Origin: Actinomycetota bacterium
GTDB lineage: Bacteria > Actinomycetota > Acidimicrobiia > Spongiisociales > UBA5794
Assembly: GCA_030125685.1 (NCBI GenBank)
Contig: JASJYA010000003.1
Location: forward strand, 1 to 44,551
DNA length: 44,551 nt
Direction of reading: 5' to 3'
The notes beneath the pieces are model-generated. The model ran no database searches and had not been told where the DNA came from. It saw nothing but the letters and a program-made list of their open reading frames with translations. Positions 17,519 to 26,748 of the stretch are shown piece by piece (the stretch's first letter is position 1; every line of letters starts with the position of its first letter). Position numbers and translations under genes: made by a program.

Positions 17519-18985
17519 TCACGAGGCGCCTGCGACCGCGATCGTCACCGGAACCTCATCTCGAATGCCCTCCACCCGCTGGTAGTCGTACAACCCCGCC
17601 TCGTCATAGATGACTCGATCCGCGTAATCATCGAACCAAATCGCCTCCGGATTGCGGCCGACGATGCACACCTTGCCACGATCCGGTGCCTCCTCAGCAT
17701 TGCGCAAGATCTTGAAGATGAGCACCCCGTTCTCCGAGAGCGGCACCCCGGGGATCGGCTCGTTCGTGACCGCGACAACCTCTATTTTTCCCTTGTAGTG
17801 GGTGATTGAGAGACGAGCGTGCGTCTCGACGCCGGACAGCCCTTTCTGGGACTCGTTGAGGATGCTCCACGCAGTCTCGATCGGTACGTTGAAGGCCTTA
17901 TACGCGACAATGTCCCTGCCACAGAAGAAGTAGTGGTTTCCGACTCCGATCCAGTTGAGGGCGCGCTGCATGACCCGTATCGCGTCCGGGTCGTCGTTGA
18001 CGCCCTTGATGATGGGCGCCTGGTTCTCGACGTTGATCCAGCCACGGGAGACCACAGCGTCCATTGCGCGCTTCGTGCTCTCGTGCCACATCAGTGCGCC
18101 GTTCGGGTACTCCAGGTACGCACCATCAGGACCCTTGCGGAGGAATTCGTCCGGATGGTTGAAGTGCACCATGAGACGAAAGCCGACATCGGGGTAGGTT
18201 GTATGGAAAGTGTCGAGCATCGACAGGAACGCATCATCGAAACGGCGCGGATAGAACGCAAGCTCCTTGGTTCCCAGGCGAATCGACTCGATGCCTGCCT
18301 CCGCAAGAGCGCTGAGCCAGGCCGCTATCTTGCTGTTGGGTAGCACCATCGGGTCTCCCCCGGATAGCAGAATCTCGCGGAGCTTCTCGCGACCGGTCTC
18401 TGGATGGCGCCCACCATTACGTTCCACGGCGTCGTTATGAATCCGTACATAGTCCGTGATCTCGCGAATCTGCGCCAGTCCTTTCTTGGAGACGGTGCCG
18501 TCCTGGCGTTCGATGTCCTTCCGGCCGATCAGTTCCTCGCGGTAGCAGAAGCGGCAATGCGCCGAGCAGGTAGAGATCACGTAGAGAAGGCCCATCTCGT
18601 ACTTGTGGAGGAGACCCTCGACGGGGCTGTAGTCCATCTGGAACCCGGGATCCTCGGAACCTGCAAGATTGAGTGTTTCATCGGGGCTCGCCTTAACGAG
18701 CCGTTGGAGCGATGCACTATCTCTCGCCAACTCGAAGTAGTGGCGGGTGATTTTGACCGGCATCCGATCTTCGACGTCGCGGTCCGTACCGCGAAGGCTC
18801 AACAGCTCCGATATCTCATCACTCGAGTAGAAGCCCTTCATGTCTGCGGGCGCCCTGTTCTCGAAGAATGGATCGAGTCCGTTGATGATCTGTCGGTCGT
18901 ACTTCGGGTTCTCGACCGTGTCGAGGAAGGCCCGTTCCCTGGTAGTCGGTACGTACTTCTCTGATCTACCCATCGTCATCCTCAT
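17519..18985 (-). CDS. KamA-family radical-SAM/PLP aminomutase (divergent lysine 2,3-aminomutase-like)
   Basis: SPVEGLLHKY, CSAHCRFCYR (CxxxCxxC plus Arg), LLSGGDPM, HFNHP, NQAPIIKGVND, LSG...GKI (candidate PLP lysine). Confidence 0.87.
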   Translation of the reverse strand: MRMTMGRSEKYVPTTRERAFLDTVENPKYDRQIINGLDPFFENRAPADMKGFYSSDEISELLSLRGTDRDVEDRMPVKITRHYFELARDSASLQRLVKASPDETLNLAGSEDPGFQMDYSPVEGLLHKYEMGLLYVISTCSAHCRFCYREELIGRKDIERQDGTVSKKGLAQIREITDYVRIHNDAVERNGGRHPETGREKLREILLSGGDPMVLPNSKIAAWLSALAEAGIESIRLGTKELAFYPRRFDDAFLSMLDTFHTTYPDVGFRLMVHFNHPDEFLRKGPDGAYLEYPNGALMWHESTKRAMDAVVSRGWINVENQAPIIKGVNDDPDAIRVMQRALNWIGVGNHYFFCGRDIVAYKAFNVPIETAWSILNESQKGLSGVETHARLSITHYKGKIEVVAVTNEPIPGVPLSENGVLIFKILRNAEEAPDRGKVCIVGRNPEAIWFDDYADRVIYDEAGLYDYQRVEGIRDEVPVTIAVAGAS

Positions 18986-19002
18986 TCCCTTGCAGCAAGC
19001 AC

Positions 19003-19050
19003 TTACGCACTACTGTAACGCAATGCATATCCGCTAAATGCTATTGTAAC
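19003..19050. promoter_or_regulatory. Candidate RpiR operator/divergent promoter
   Basis: CTACTGTAAC (19010-19019) and CTATTGTAAC (19041-19050) direct repeats 31 bp apart; TTAC-N8-GTAA at 19003-19018. Confidence 0.45.
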
Positions 19051-19053
19051 AAC

Positions 19054-19908
19054 ATGCTCAGAGATGATCCACAGGTTTCGATCTCCGCGCTCGTCGCTGC
19101 GGCGGGTGATCGCCTCACCCCGACCGAGCGCAGAATCGCCGAGGCTGTCCTCCAAGATCCGGCTCTCCTGGCTTTCGGAACCGTCTCGACTCTGGCGGAC
19201 CATGTGGGCACCAGTCGCCCCTCAATCGTACGGTTCGCCCACAAGCTGGGATTCAGCGGCTACACACAGCTCCGGGAGAGCCTGCGCAGCGGCCTCTCGC
19301 AGCAGCTTTTCAGGCCGAGCGACCGCATCAGGCAGGATGACACAACAGGAAGCCCTGCTCGATCCGCGCTCACGGAAGCGCTCTCTGGTGTGTTCGACGC
19401 GATCGACGGTGATCAGTTGTCCAAGCTTGCGGCGCCCATCATCCGAGCCGACACCGTATGGATCATCTCGGGTGAGACGTCCCGAGCAGGCGCCCACGCC
19501 CTGCTCAGTGGACTCTCGATCGTCCGACCGTCCGTGCGCCTCGTTGAGGAACACTCCACCGGCGTAGACCTGGCAGGCGCAGGGCGCCGAGACGCTGCCG
19601 TCGTCATCGACTTCTTCCGGTACAGGCGCCACGCGATCCGGTCGGCTCGCATGCTCGCTGAGCTCGGAGTCGAGATTGTTACGATCACTGACAGCCCTCT
19701 CTCTCCTCTCGCTGCCCTGACCGACACCTGGTGTGAACTCAGGATTCCGGCGGTGGGGCCGCTCGACAGCTCTCTCCCTGCGGTTGCGATGGCGGAACTC
19801 CTTGTAGCACAAGTCGCTCACGAACTCCACGACGAGGCGACGGACCGCATTGACCGCATCGAAGAGTTGTGGGAGCGGACCGAGACATTCCTCCCACAGG
19901 ATCGCTAA
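19054..19908 (+). CDS. RpiR/MurR-family transcriptional regulator
   Basis: LTPTERRIA, TSRPSIVRFAHKLGFSGY HTH; SIS domain ITDSPLSPLA. Confidence 0.93.
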   Translation: MLRDDPQVSISALVAAAGDRLTPTERRIAEAVLQDPALLAFGTVSTLADHVGTSRPSIVRFAHKLGFSGYTQLRESLRSGLSQQLFRPSDRIRQDDTTGSPARSALTEALSGVFDAIDGDQLSKLAAPIIRADTVWIISGETSRAGAHALLSGLSIVRPSVRLVEEHSTGVDLAGAGRRDAAVVIDFFRYRRHAIRSARMLAELGVEIVTITDSPLSPLAALTDTWCELRIPAVGPLDSSLPAVAMAELLVAQVAHELHDEATDRIDRIEELWERTETFLPQDR

Positions 19909-19917
19909 CGACGGCGA

Positions 19918-20988
19918 CTAAAGAATCACGGCCGGGCGCCAGCCACGTACCGAGTTGATGAGAGCAACAGCATCCGCCGCCCGCGCCTCGGCGATGGTCA
20001 CATGCCGTTCCATGATCGTGTGGGACTTGAGCAGCTCACCGCGCAGGATCCCGGGGAGGAGCCCATCCGACACGGGAGGCGTTACCCACTCCCCGTCGAT
20101 GAGAAATACGACGTTGGCAATCGTTGATTCAGTTACACGGCCGCGCTCGTTGACACAGAGCACGTCGTCGGCATCGGGTCTAAGGGTTGCGGAGATCTCC
20201 GAAACCATCTGCCACACCGTTCGGTACTGCTCGACGGTGAACAGCTCATCAACTGTGACCGTTCCGAACTCGGCGATTCGACCCAGGTCGTTGCGGATGA
20301 GATCGACGATCATCAGGTTCTCTGCACGGTTCTTCTCTGATGATCTCAGCTTCTGTCGCTCTGCTTCGTCCTCGCTCGGCGATCTCCCTCTTGGCGCCGT
20401 GCCCTTCATCGGTCTGGTCGCTATTCGCCCTCCCTTGACCGAGAAGAACCGCTCCGGTGAGGCAGACACGATGTGGGTGTCGTCATGCCAGAGGTGCGCC
20501 GCGTACCTACCTTGCTGCGCCGAAATGAGGTCGGCGTACATCGATTCGGCCTGGCCGGAGAACGCTGCGCGAAAGGGGAACGTCAGGTTGACCTGGTAGC
20601 TGTCACCGAGCTCGATGTGCCGAAACACGGCTGTGAAGGCTGACCCGTATTGTGTTCGGTCGTAGGCCGGCACCCATCTCGACACGGAGTAACCCTCGGC
20701 CGTCGTGGGGGTTACGCACGGTGGATCTACGTCGACCGAATCGCCGAACACGCCAAACCAGAAGAGCGGGCCGTTGTACCCGTCCTGGACAACGAGAGCA
20801 TCATCGAACCCGGGAGCGGCGTCAAAGGTCACATATCCCGCTACCCAATTACCGACGGCAGCTTCCTTGGCCGCCGAGCGAATCGCACCGACGACTTCCG
20901 AAGCCTCAGAGGCGACGATCTCGCGGAGGTTGTTCTTCAACATGAACGAGCGCCCGGACCCTGCATCATCGAATCGAGCGCCAAACAT
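19918..20988 (-). pseudogene. pabB: Aminodeoxychorismate synthase I/lyase (PabB-PabC) fusion with large in-frame internal deletion
   Basis: GDSYQVNLT, SASPERF, PMKGT, EKNRAENLMIVDLIRNDLGR run directly into lyase C-terminal motifs (NERGRVTESTIAN, GLLPGILR, NSVRG); GSxTGAPK, AIRT, GGGI and the lyase PLP-Lys region are absent. Confidence 0.75.
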
Positions 20989-21007
20989 CGGAGGAGGATA
21001 CGAGCAT

Positions 21008-21028
21008 GCCAGACGCCAGATGCCAGAT
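21008..21028. repeat. Three GCCAGAY heptamers
   Basis: GCCAGAC GCCAGAT GCCAGAT in the divergent intergenic gap. Confidence 0.5.
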
Positions 21029-21086
21029 TCCGGGCATCCGGCTCTGACTTCTCCTAGTGTGTGAATCACCCAACAGAGGAACACCC

Positions 21087-22709
21087 GTGCATATGCAGGA
21101 CGACTTCCCGCTGCTCATGAGCACCCTGTACGACAACGCCGTCTGGCAGTACCCCCAGCAAGAGATCGTATCGGTTGAAGCTGACCGATCCATTCACCGA
21201 ACGACGTACGCAGACACCGATGTGCGTATACGCAAGCTCGCAACTGCGTTCTCGCAGAAGCTCGGAACCACCCAGGGCGACGCAATCGGGACGTTCGCGT
21301 GGAACAACCACCGTCACCACGAGCTCTACTGGGCGACGGCAAACACAGGCCGCATCTGCCACACGATCAATATCCGGCTCTTCGCAGACCAGATTGAGTA
21401 CATAGTCAACCACGCTGGGGACAAGGTCATGTTCATCGATCCCGACCTTGCGCACCTCATTGCACCGCTGATCCCCAAGTTCGCGACAGTCGAGCACGTC
21501 ATCATCATGGGACCCACCGCCGAAGGTTCGGGCATCGAAGGCGCCATCGCCTATGAGGATTTGATCGCCGACGTTGCACCTCTCGCTGAATGGCCGCGCC
21601 TAGACGAGAGAAGCCCGATGATGTACTGCTACACCTCTGGTACGACGGGGAACCCGAGAGGTGTCGCCTATACCCAGCGTTCGACGTATCTCCACACAAT
21701 CTCAAACCTGGCAGCCAACCCGATCGGCGCGGAGGACAATGTGCTCCCCGTTGTCCCGATGTTCCACGCTGCTGCGTGGGGGTATCCCTTTCAGGCAGTC
21801 ACCGTCGGGGCAAAGCTGACGTATCCCGGGCCTGACCTGTCGGGGGCGGCAGTCGTGAAGTTGTTCGTCGACGAACACGTGACGTTCTCAGCCGGGGTTC
21901 CGACAGTCTGGCTCGGAATCCAGCAGCACCTCGAAGCGAACCCCGATGTCAGCATTGCGCACATGCGGGCACTCTTCTGTGGCGGTTCGGCTGTCCCGAG
22001 AGCGATGATCGACTGGTTCGAGAGGAACGCCGATGTTCGGGTCATCCAGGGATGGGGCATGACAGAGACGAATCCGATCGCGTCGGCCGCGACTCTCAAA
22101 CCGTGGATGGAGGGGTGGCCGTGGGAGGAGCAGCTCGATGTACTCGAGACCGCCGGTCGTCCTATTCCAGGGCTTCAGGTGAAGATCGTCGATGAGAACT
22201 TCAAGACACTGCCGAACGACGGGGAAGCTTTCGGTGAGCTTCTGATCCGAGGCCCGTGGATCGCTGCCGAGTATTACAACGACCCGCGGTCAGACGAATC
22301 CTTCGTCGATGGCTGGTTGCGAACGGGAGACGTCTGCAAGATTACCCCTGACGGCTACATCAAGATCACAGACAGGGCGAAGGACGTCATTAAATCCGGG
22401 GGTGAATGGATCTCTTCCCTTGACGTCGAGAACGAGATCATGGCCCATCCCGACGTGAGGGAAGCCACAGTAGTCGGGCTCAAGCACCCCAAGTGGCAGG
22501 AACGGCCTGTAGCGTTCGTCGTCCCTCGCGAAGGCTTAGCCGTGACTCCTGACGACATCCGGGAGTTCCTCGCCCCACGGATCGCCAAGTGGTGGATACC
22601 GGACGAGTTCATCTTCATCGACGAAATACCAAAGACCGGCACCGGCAAGTTCGACAAGAAAGTTGTACGGGCGGAGTATGAGGATCTTCTGCTGGAGGCT
22701 GAAACCTGA
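21087..22709 (+). CDS. Fatty acid-CoA ligase (AlkK/DmdB-like AMP-binding enzyme)
   Basis: YTSGTTGNPRG, PMFHAAAWG, GWGMTET, GWLRTGD, DRAKDVIKSGGEWISS, PKTGTGKFDK. Confidence 0.93.
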   Translation: MHMQDDFPLLMSTLYDNAVWQYPQQEIVSVEADRSIHRTTYADTDVRIRKLATAFSQKLGTTQGDAIGTFAWNNHRHHELYWATANTGRICHTINIRLFADQIEYIVNHAGDKVMFIDPDLAHLIAPLIPKFATVEHVIIMGPTAEGSGIEGAIAYEDLIADVAPLAEWPRLDERSPMMYCYTSGTTGNPRGVAYTQRSTYLHTISNLAANPIGAEDNVLPVVPMFHAAAWGYPFQAVTVGAKLTYPGPDLSGAAVVKLFVDEHVTFSAGVPTVWLGIQQHLEANPDVSIAHMRALFCGGSAVPRAMIDWFERNADVRVIQGWGMTETNPIASAATLKPWMEGWPWEEQLDVLETAGRPIPGLQVKIVDENFKTLPNDGEAFGELLIRGPWIAAEYYNDPRSDESFVDGWLRTGDVCKITPDGYIKITDRAKDVIKSGGEWISSLDVENEIMAHPDVREATVVGLKHPKWQERPVAFVVPREGLAVTPDDIREFLAPRIAKWWIPDEFIFIDEIPKTGTGKFDKKVVRAEYEDLLLEAET

Positions 22710-22723
22710 GACCTGCCGGTGGC

Positions 22724-24964
22724 CTACCGTAGGACGCTCTCCAGTTCATCCTCGGTGATCAACACGCTGCGGGCCTTGGAGCCCTCAGAGGGGCCGACGA
22801 TGCCTTTGCCTTCAAGGATGTCCATGACTCGGCCCGCCCGTGCGAATCCAATGCGTAGTTTGCGCTGGAGCATCGACGTCGAACCGAGCTGAGATCGCAC
22901 GATGATGTCGATGGCTTGGCGCATGATCTCTGGATCCTCGCCGTCGAAAGCGTCGTCATCGGAAGCCGTCTGCTGCGCCTGTTCGAAGACCTCTGCATCT
23001 CGGTATTGGGCGTCACGCTGTGCCCGCACCCATTCGACGACTGCTTGGATCTCAGGCTCGGACACGAACGACCCTTGGATGCGCTCAGGCTTAGGGTCAC
23101 GCGCGGTGACAACGAGCATGTCCCCCAAGCCGACAAGCTTGTCTGCGCCTCCCTGGTCGATGATGACTCTGCTGTCGGTCTGGGAGGCGACGGAGAATGC
23201 GAGACGCGACGGAATGTTTGCCTTGATGACACCCGTGATGACGTTCACCGAAGGACGCTGTGTCGCGAGGACAAGGTGGATGCCCACGGCGCGAGCCATC
23301 TGGGCGATGCGAACGATCGAGTCCTCCACAATGCGCCCGGAAACCATCATGAGATCGTTCAGCTCGTCGACGACGATCACAATGTGGGGGAAGCGGTCGA
23401 ACATCTCCTCATCGAGGGCGCCTGCATCGTACGCCTCACGGTACGAGTCGATGTCCCGCACACCGGCGTCCGCAAGCAGGTCGTACCTTCGGTCCATCTC
23501 GGCCACGGCCCACTGCAACGCATCGGCTGCTTTCTTCGGACTGGTGATCACTCTCGTGAGCAGATGTGGCACATCGTTGTACTGACCGAGCTCGACTCTC
23601 TTGGGGTCAACCAGGATGAGCCTTACCTCGTCCGGGGTTGCTCGCATGAGGATCGAGGTGAGCAGGGAATTGATGCATGAAGACTTCCCCGCTCCGGTAG
23701 CGCCTGCAATCAGCAGGTGAGGCAGTTCGGTGAGGCGGAGCATGCGGGGGGCGCCAGAGACGTCCATGCCGAGACTCACGAGCATCGGATCGTGGTCTGA
23801 GCTTGCAACGTCGGACGTGAGCACGTCACCGATCGTGACAAGGTATCGCCTGCGGTTCGGAACCTCAACCCCGATGGCGGACTTCCCTGGTATCGGCGCG
23901 AGGATGCGAACATCGGCCGCGGCAAGGGAGTACGCAATGTCGTGGGTGAGACTCGTGACCTTGTTCACCTTCACGCCCGGCGCTAGCTCGATCTCATACC
24001 TTGTCACGGTAGGGCCCGGAACGATGCGCACGAGCTGCGCGTCGACGCCGTGCTGGCGGAGCGTCTCCTCGAGCGTTTCACCCGTCTCTGTGAGTCCCTG
24101 CCCGTCGTGGCCCTCGTGGTTCGATAGCTTGAGGATTTCAAGCGGCGGGAGCTCGTACCCCTCGGTTCTTACAGGCTCGGGCACCTTCGGCTTCATCGGC
24201 GCCGGCGCCACCGATTGGGGATCGGCAGCCTTCTTCGCCTTCTGCTTCTGTGGTGAAGACTTGACGCTCGCAGGCACGCTCGGCTGGGACACGGGTGCCA
24301 CCGCGACGGCCTCTGCCCGCTGCGCGCGCGCGATGCCGACCCAGTTCCAAAAGCGCGAGAAATATGCGCCGATTGACCGGAGAACGTCTCCAAGTGACGC
24401 ACGAGTAATCAACAGCGCACCGACACCGACGAGAGCGACGAGCACGACGAACGTCCCCCAGTAGCCAACCACTCGCTCAAGCGGGTACGCGATGAGGGAT
24501 CCGACGACACCGCCTGCATTCTCGACCGAGTGCTCCGTGCCGGCGATCGGGAGGTTCCCCGTCAGCAGGTGAAACAGCGACAACGATCCAACGAACAGAA
24601 CAGAGACGCCCACGATGGCCTTGGGGTGATCATCTCGCGCCACGACGCCGATGAGGGAGAGCCCGGCAATCATCAGAGCCAGCGGGACCACGAACGCCCA
24701 GACCCCGAACAACAAGCGGGTTACGGTGGACGCGGTCGTCCCGAAGGGCCCTGCGAGTTCGAAAAATGAGAGAAGCACGAGAACGCCGACGGCGATGAGA
24801 GTGATGCCCCACACGTCTGCTTTGTGGTCACCGAGCTGGTCGCCGATCTTTCGCGGGATCGCCCCCAGCGCGGAGGCTCCCCTCGAAACGAACGACTGCT
24901 TCTTCTGTTTTCTTCTGGCGGTGCTCCGCCCCGTGGCCCGACCCGTCGTAGTGCGTGTCGCCAT
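22724..24964 (-). CDS. ftsK: DNA translocase FtsK
   Basis: N-terminal TM segments, GPTVTRYE, PHLLIAGATGAGKS, DPKRVEL, ATQRPS, gamma domain STSMLQRKLRIGFARAGR. Confidence 0.97.
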   Translation of the reverse strand: MATRTTTGRATGRSTARRKQKKQSFVSRGASALGAIPRKIGDQLGDHKADVWGITLIAVGVLVLLSFFELAGPFGTTASTVTRLLFGVWAFVVPLALMIAGLSLIGVVARDDHPKAIVGVSVLFVGSLSLFHLLTGNLPIAGTEHSVENAGGVVGSLIAYPLERVVGYWGTFVVLVALVGVGALLITRASLGDVLRSIGAYFSRFWNWVGIARAQRAEAVAVAPVSQPSVPASVKSSPQKQKAKKAADPQSVAPAPMKPKVPEPVRTEGYELPPLEILKLSNHEGHDGQGLTETGETLEETLRQHGVDAQLVRIVPGPTVTRYEIELAPGVKVNKVTSLTHDIAYSLAAADVRILAPIPGKSAIGVEVPNRRRYLVTIGDVLTSDVASSDHDPMLVSLGMDVSGAPRMLRLTELPHLLIAGATGAGKSSCINSLLTSILMRATPDEVRLILVDPKRVELGQYNDVPHLLTRVITSPKKAADALQWAVAEMDRRYDLLADAGVRDIDSYREAYDAGALDEEMFDRFPHIVIVVDELNDLMMVSGRIVEDSIVRIAQMARAVGIHLVLATQRPSVNVITGVIKANIPSRLAFSVASQTDSRVIIDQGGADKLVGLGDMLVVTARDPKPERIQGSFVSEPEIQAVVEWVRAQRDAQYRDAEVFEQAQQTASDDDAFDGEDPEIMRQAIDIIVRSQLGSTSMLQRKLRIGFARAGRVMDILEGKGIVGPSEGSKARSVLITEDELESVLR

Positions 24965-25055
24965 GGGAGACGAACTGTACCCCAGGTTTCGCTCAGAACA
25001 AACCACCATCCGCGCGATTTCTCGCGCGGAGAGTTACAACCGTGTAATTCCCAAC

Positions 25056-25105
25056 CAGTCTGGCGTAGATTCCGGCCATATATGGCCGGAATCTACGCCA
25101 GACTG
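25056..25105. repeat. Perfect 50-bp palindrome between rnj and ftsK
   Basis: CAGTCTGGCGTAGATTCCGGCCATA|TATGGCCGGAATCTACGCCAGACTG, no spacer. Confidence 0.9.
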
Positions 25106-25119
25106 AGAGGCGGTCCGGA

Positions 25120-26748
25120 TTAGACCTCGATGACGACGGGGAGCACGACGGGACGCCGTTTGACCGACTTCTTGACCGCTCGAGTCGCAGAGTTTCGGAC
25201 ACGAGTTCGCAGATGATCGGGGTCGATGGGGCGTTCCAAGGACGCTACCGACTGTTCCACGCGCTCCCTGATGAGCGCGTGAAGGTCGCCATCATCGGTG
25301 GTGACGCCGTGAGAGTAGACATCGGGCCCAAACAGGATCTCCCCCGTCGAGAAATTGACGCCGATGGACACGACCAGAACACCATCATCCGCCAGATGCC
25401 GTCGGTCTCGAATGATGCTGTCCGCTCCCCCGACCTCCGTGCCGTCGACATAGACGTAGCCCCCTGGGATAGCGCCCCGCTCGACGCGCAAGTTTCCATC
25501 CTCAAGCACGACAACGTCGCCGTTCTCGCAAATCTCGATCTCAGGGATGTTCATGGCCTTGCCGAGCGCCGCGTTCGCGACGAGGTGGCGGTACTCACCG
25601 TGAACCGGCACGAGAGCATCGGGGCGAACGGTGTTGTAGAACGTCTTCAGCTCCTCGGCCGCGGCGTGTCCGGATACATGCACGTGGGTGTTCTGTCCGT
25701 GGAACACGGTCACACCGGATCGGTACAGATTGTTGATGACCCGAGACACGCGGGTCTCGTTTCCTGGGATCGGAGTCGCAGAGATGATGACCGTGTCGTC
25801 TGCGTCCAGAGTCACGGACCGATGATCACCCGCAGACATCAGTGACAGCGCTGCAAAAGGCTCTCCCTGGCTACCGGTCGAGATGATCGCCGTCTCGGCG
25901 TCAGGCATTTCCATAAGTTCCTTGAGTTCAACGAGAGAACCTTCCGGAATCTCGAGCACCCCGAGATCCACGGCTATCTCCGAGTTGCGGAGCATCGAGC
26001 GCCCGATGAAAGCGAACTTGCGCCCGTCGCGCACGATGGCGTCGATCGCCTGCTGGACGCGATGGACATGGCTCGCGAAACAGGCGACGAGTACACGGCC
26101 TTCCGCCTGCGATACGATCTCAGTGAGACGCGTTCCAACCGTCACCTCGGAGGGCACGTATCCCTCGCGTTCTGCGTTCGTAGAGTCCGCGAGCAGGAGA
26201 CGAACGCCGCGCTGACCGATCGTCGCGAACGACCGAAGATCCGTTGGAACACCGTCGATCGGCGTCGGGTCGAGCTTGAAGTCCCCTGTGTGCAACACAA
26301 TGCCTTCAGGTGTGTCGAATGCGACCCCTGCTGCGTCAGGAATCGAGTGGGACACAGGGATGAACGTGAAGCGGAACGGCCCATGATCGATCCATTCATA
26401 ATGCTCCACCGAACGCAGGTCGGGGGTGATTCCGTGCTCCGTTATGCGGGCTCGAGCGAACTCGACGGTCAGTCGCGTCCCGTAAATAGGCACATTGACA
26501 TCTTTGAGGAGGTAGACGAGGGCGCCGATGTGATCCTCATGGCCGTGCGTGAGAATGATGCATTGCAGGTCGTCTGATCGGTCGAGCACCGAACTGAAGT
26601 CAGGCAGCACGAGGTCGACGCCGAGCATGTCCTCTTCGGGGAACATGAGTCCGCAATCGAGTAGGGCCAGGTCGCCATCGATGTCAATCGACGCGCAGTT
26701 GCGCCCGACCTCGCCCAAACCCCCGAGGAAGCCGATCTTGACAGTCAC
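25120..26748 (-). CDS. rnj: Ribonuclease J
   Basis: LGGLGEVGRN, THGHEDHIG, HTGDFK, DSTNA, TGSQGEP, HVSGH, PVHGE. Confidence 0.97.
   Translation of the reverse strand: MTVKIGFLGGLGEVGRNCASIDIDGDLALLDCGLMFPEEDMLGVDLVLPDFSSVLDRSDDLQCIILTHGHEDHIGALVYLLKDVNVPIYGTRLTVEFARARITEHGITPDLRSVEHYEWIDHGPFRFTFIPVSHSIPDAAGVAFDTPEGIVLHTGDFKLDPTPIDGVPTDLRSFATIGQRGVRLLLADSTNAEREGYVPSEVTVGTRLTEIVSQAEGRVLVACFASHVHRVQQAIDAIVRDGRKFAFIGRSMLRNSEIAVDLGVLEIPEGSLVELKELMEMPDAETAIISTGSQGEPFAALSLMSAGDHRSVTLDADDTVIISATPIPGNETRVSRVINNLYRSGVTVFHGQNTHVHVSGHAAAEELKTFYNTVRPDALVPVHGEYRHLVANAALGKAMNIPEIEICENGDVVVLEDGNLRVERGAIPGGYVYVDGTEVGGADSIIRDRRHLADDGVLVVSIGVNFSTGEILFGPDVYSHGVTTDDGDLHALIRERVEQSVASLERPIDPDHLRTRVRNSATRAVKKSVKRRPVVLPVVIEV

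Noticed and set aside
16670-17809. 379-aa plus-strand ORF
   Set aside because: Antisense to pcaI and the aminomutase; high-GC shadow frame with no motifs
17519-18985. EpmB (EF-P modification) or RiPP maturase
   Set aside because: No efp/epmA, no SPASM/RRE features or precursor; motifs and context fit a catabolic KamA-like enzyme
21087-22709. CoA ligase as part of the aminomutase pathway
   Set aside because: Separated by the pabB remnant and independently oriented; no sequence evidence of linkage
25056-25105. dif site next to ftsK
   Set aside because: No resemblance to the 28-bp XerC/XerD consensus
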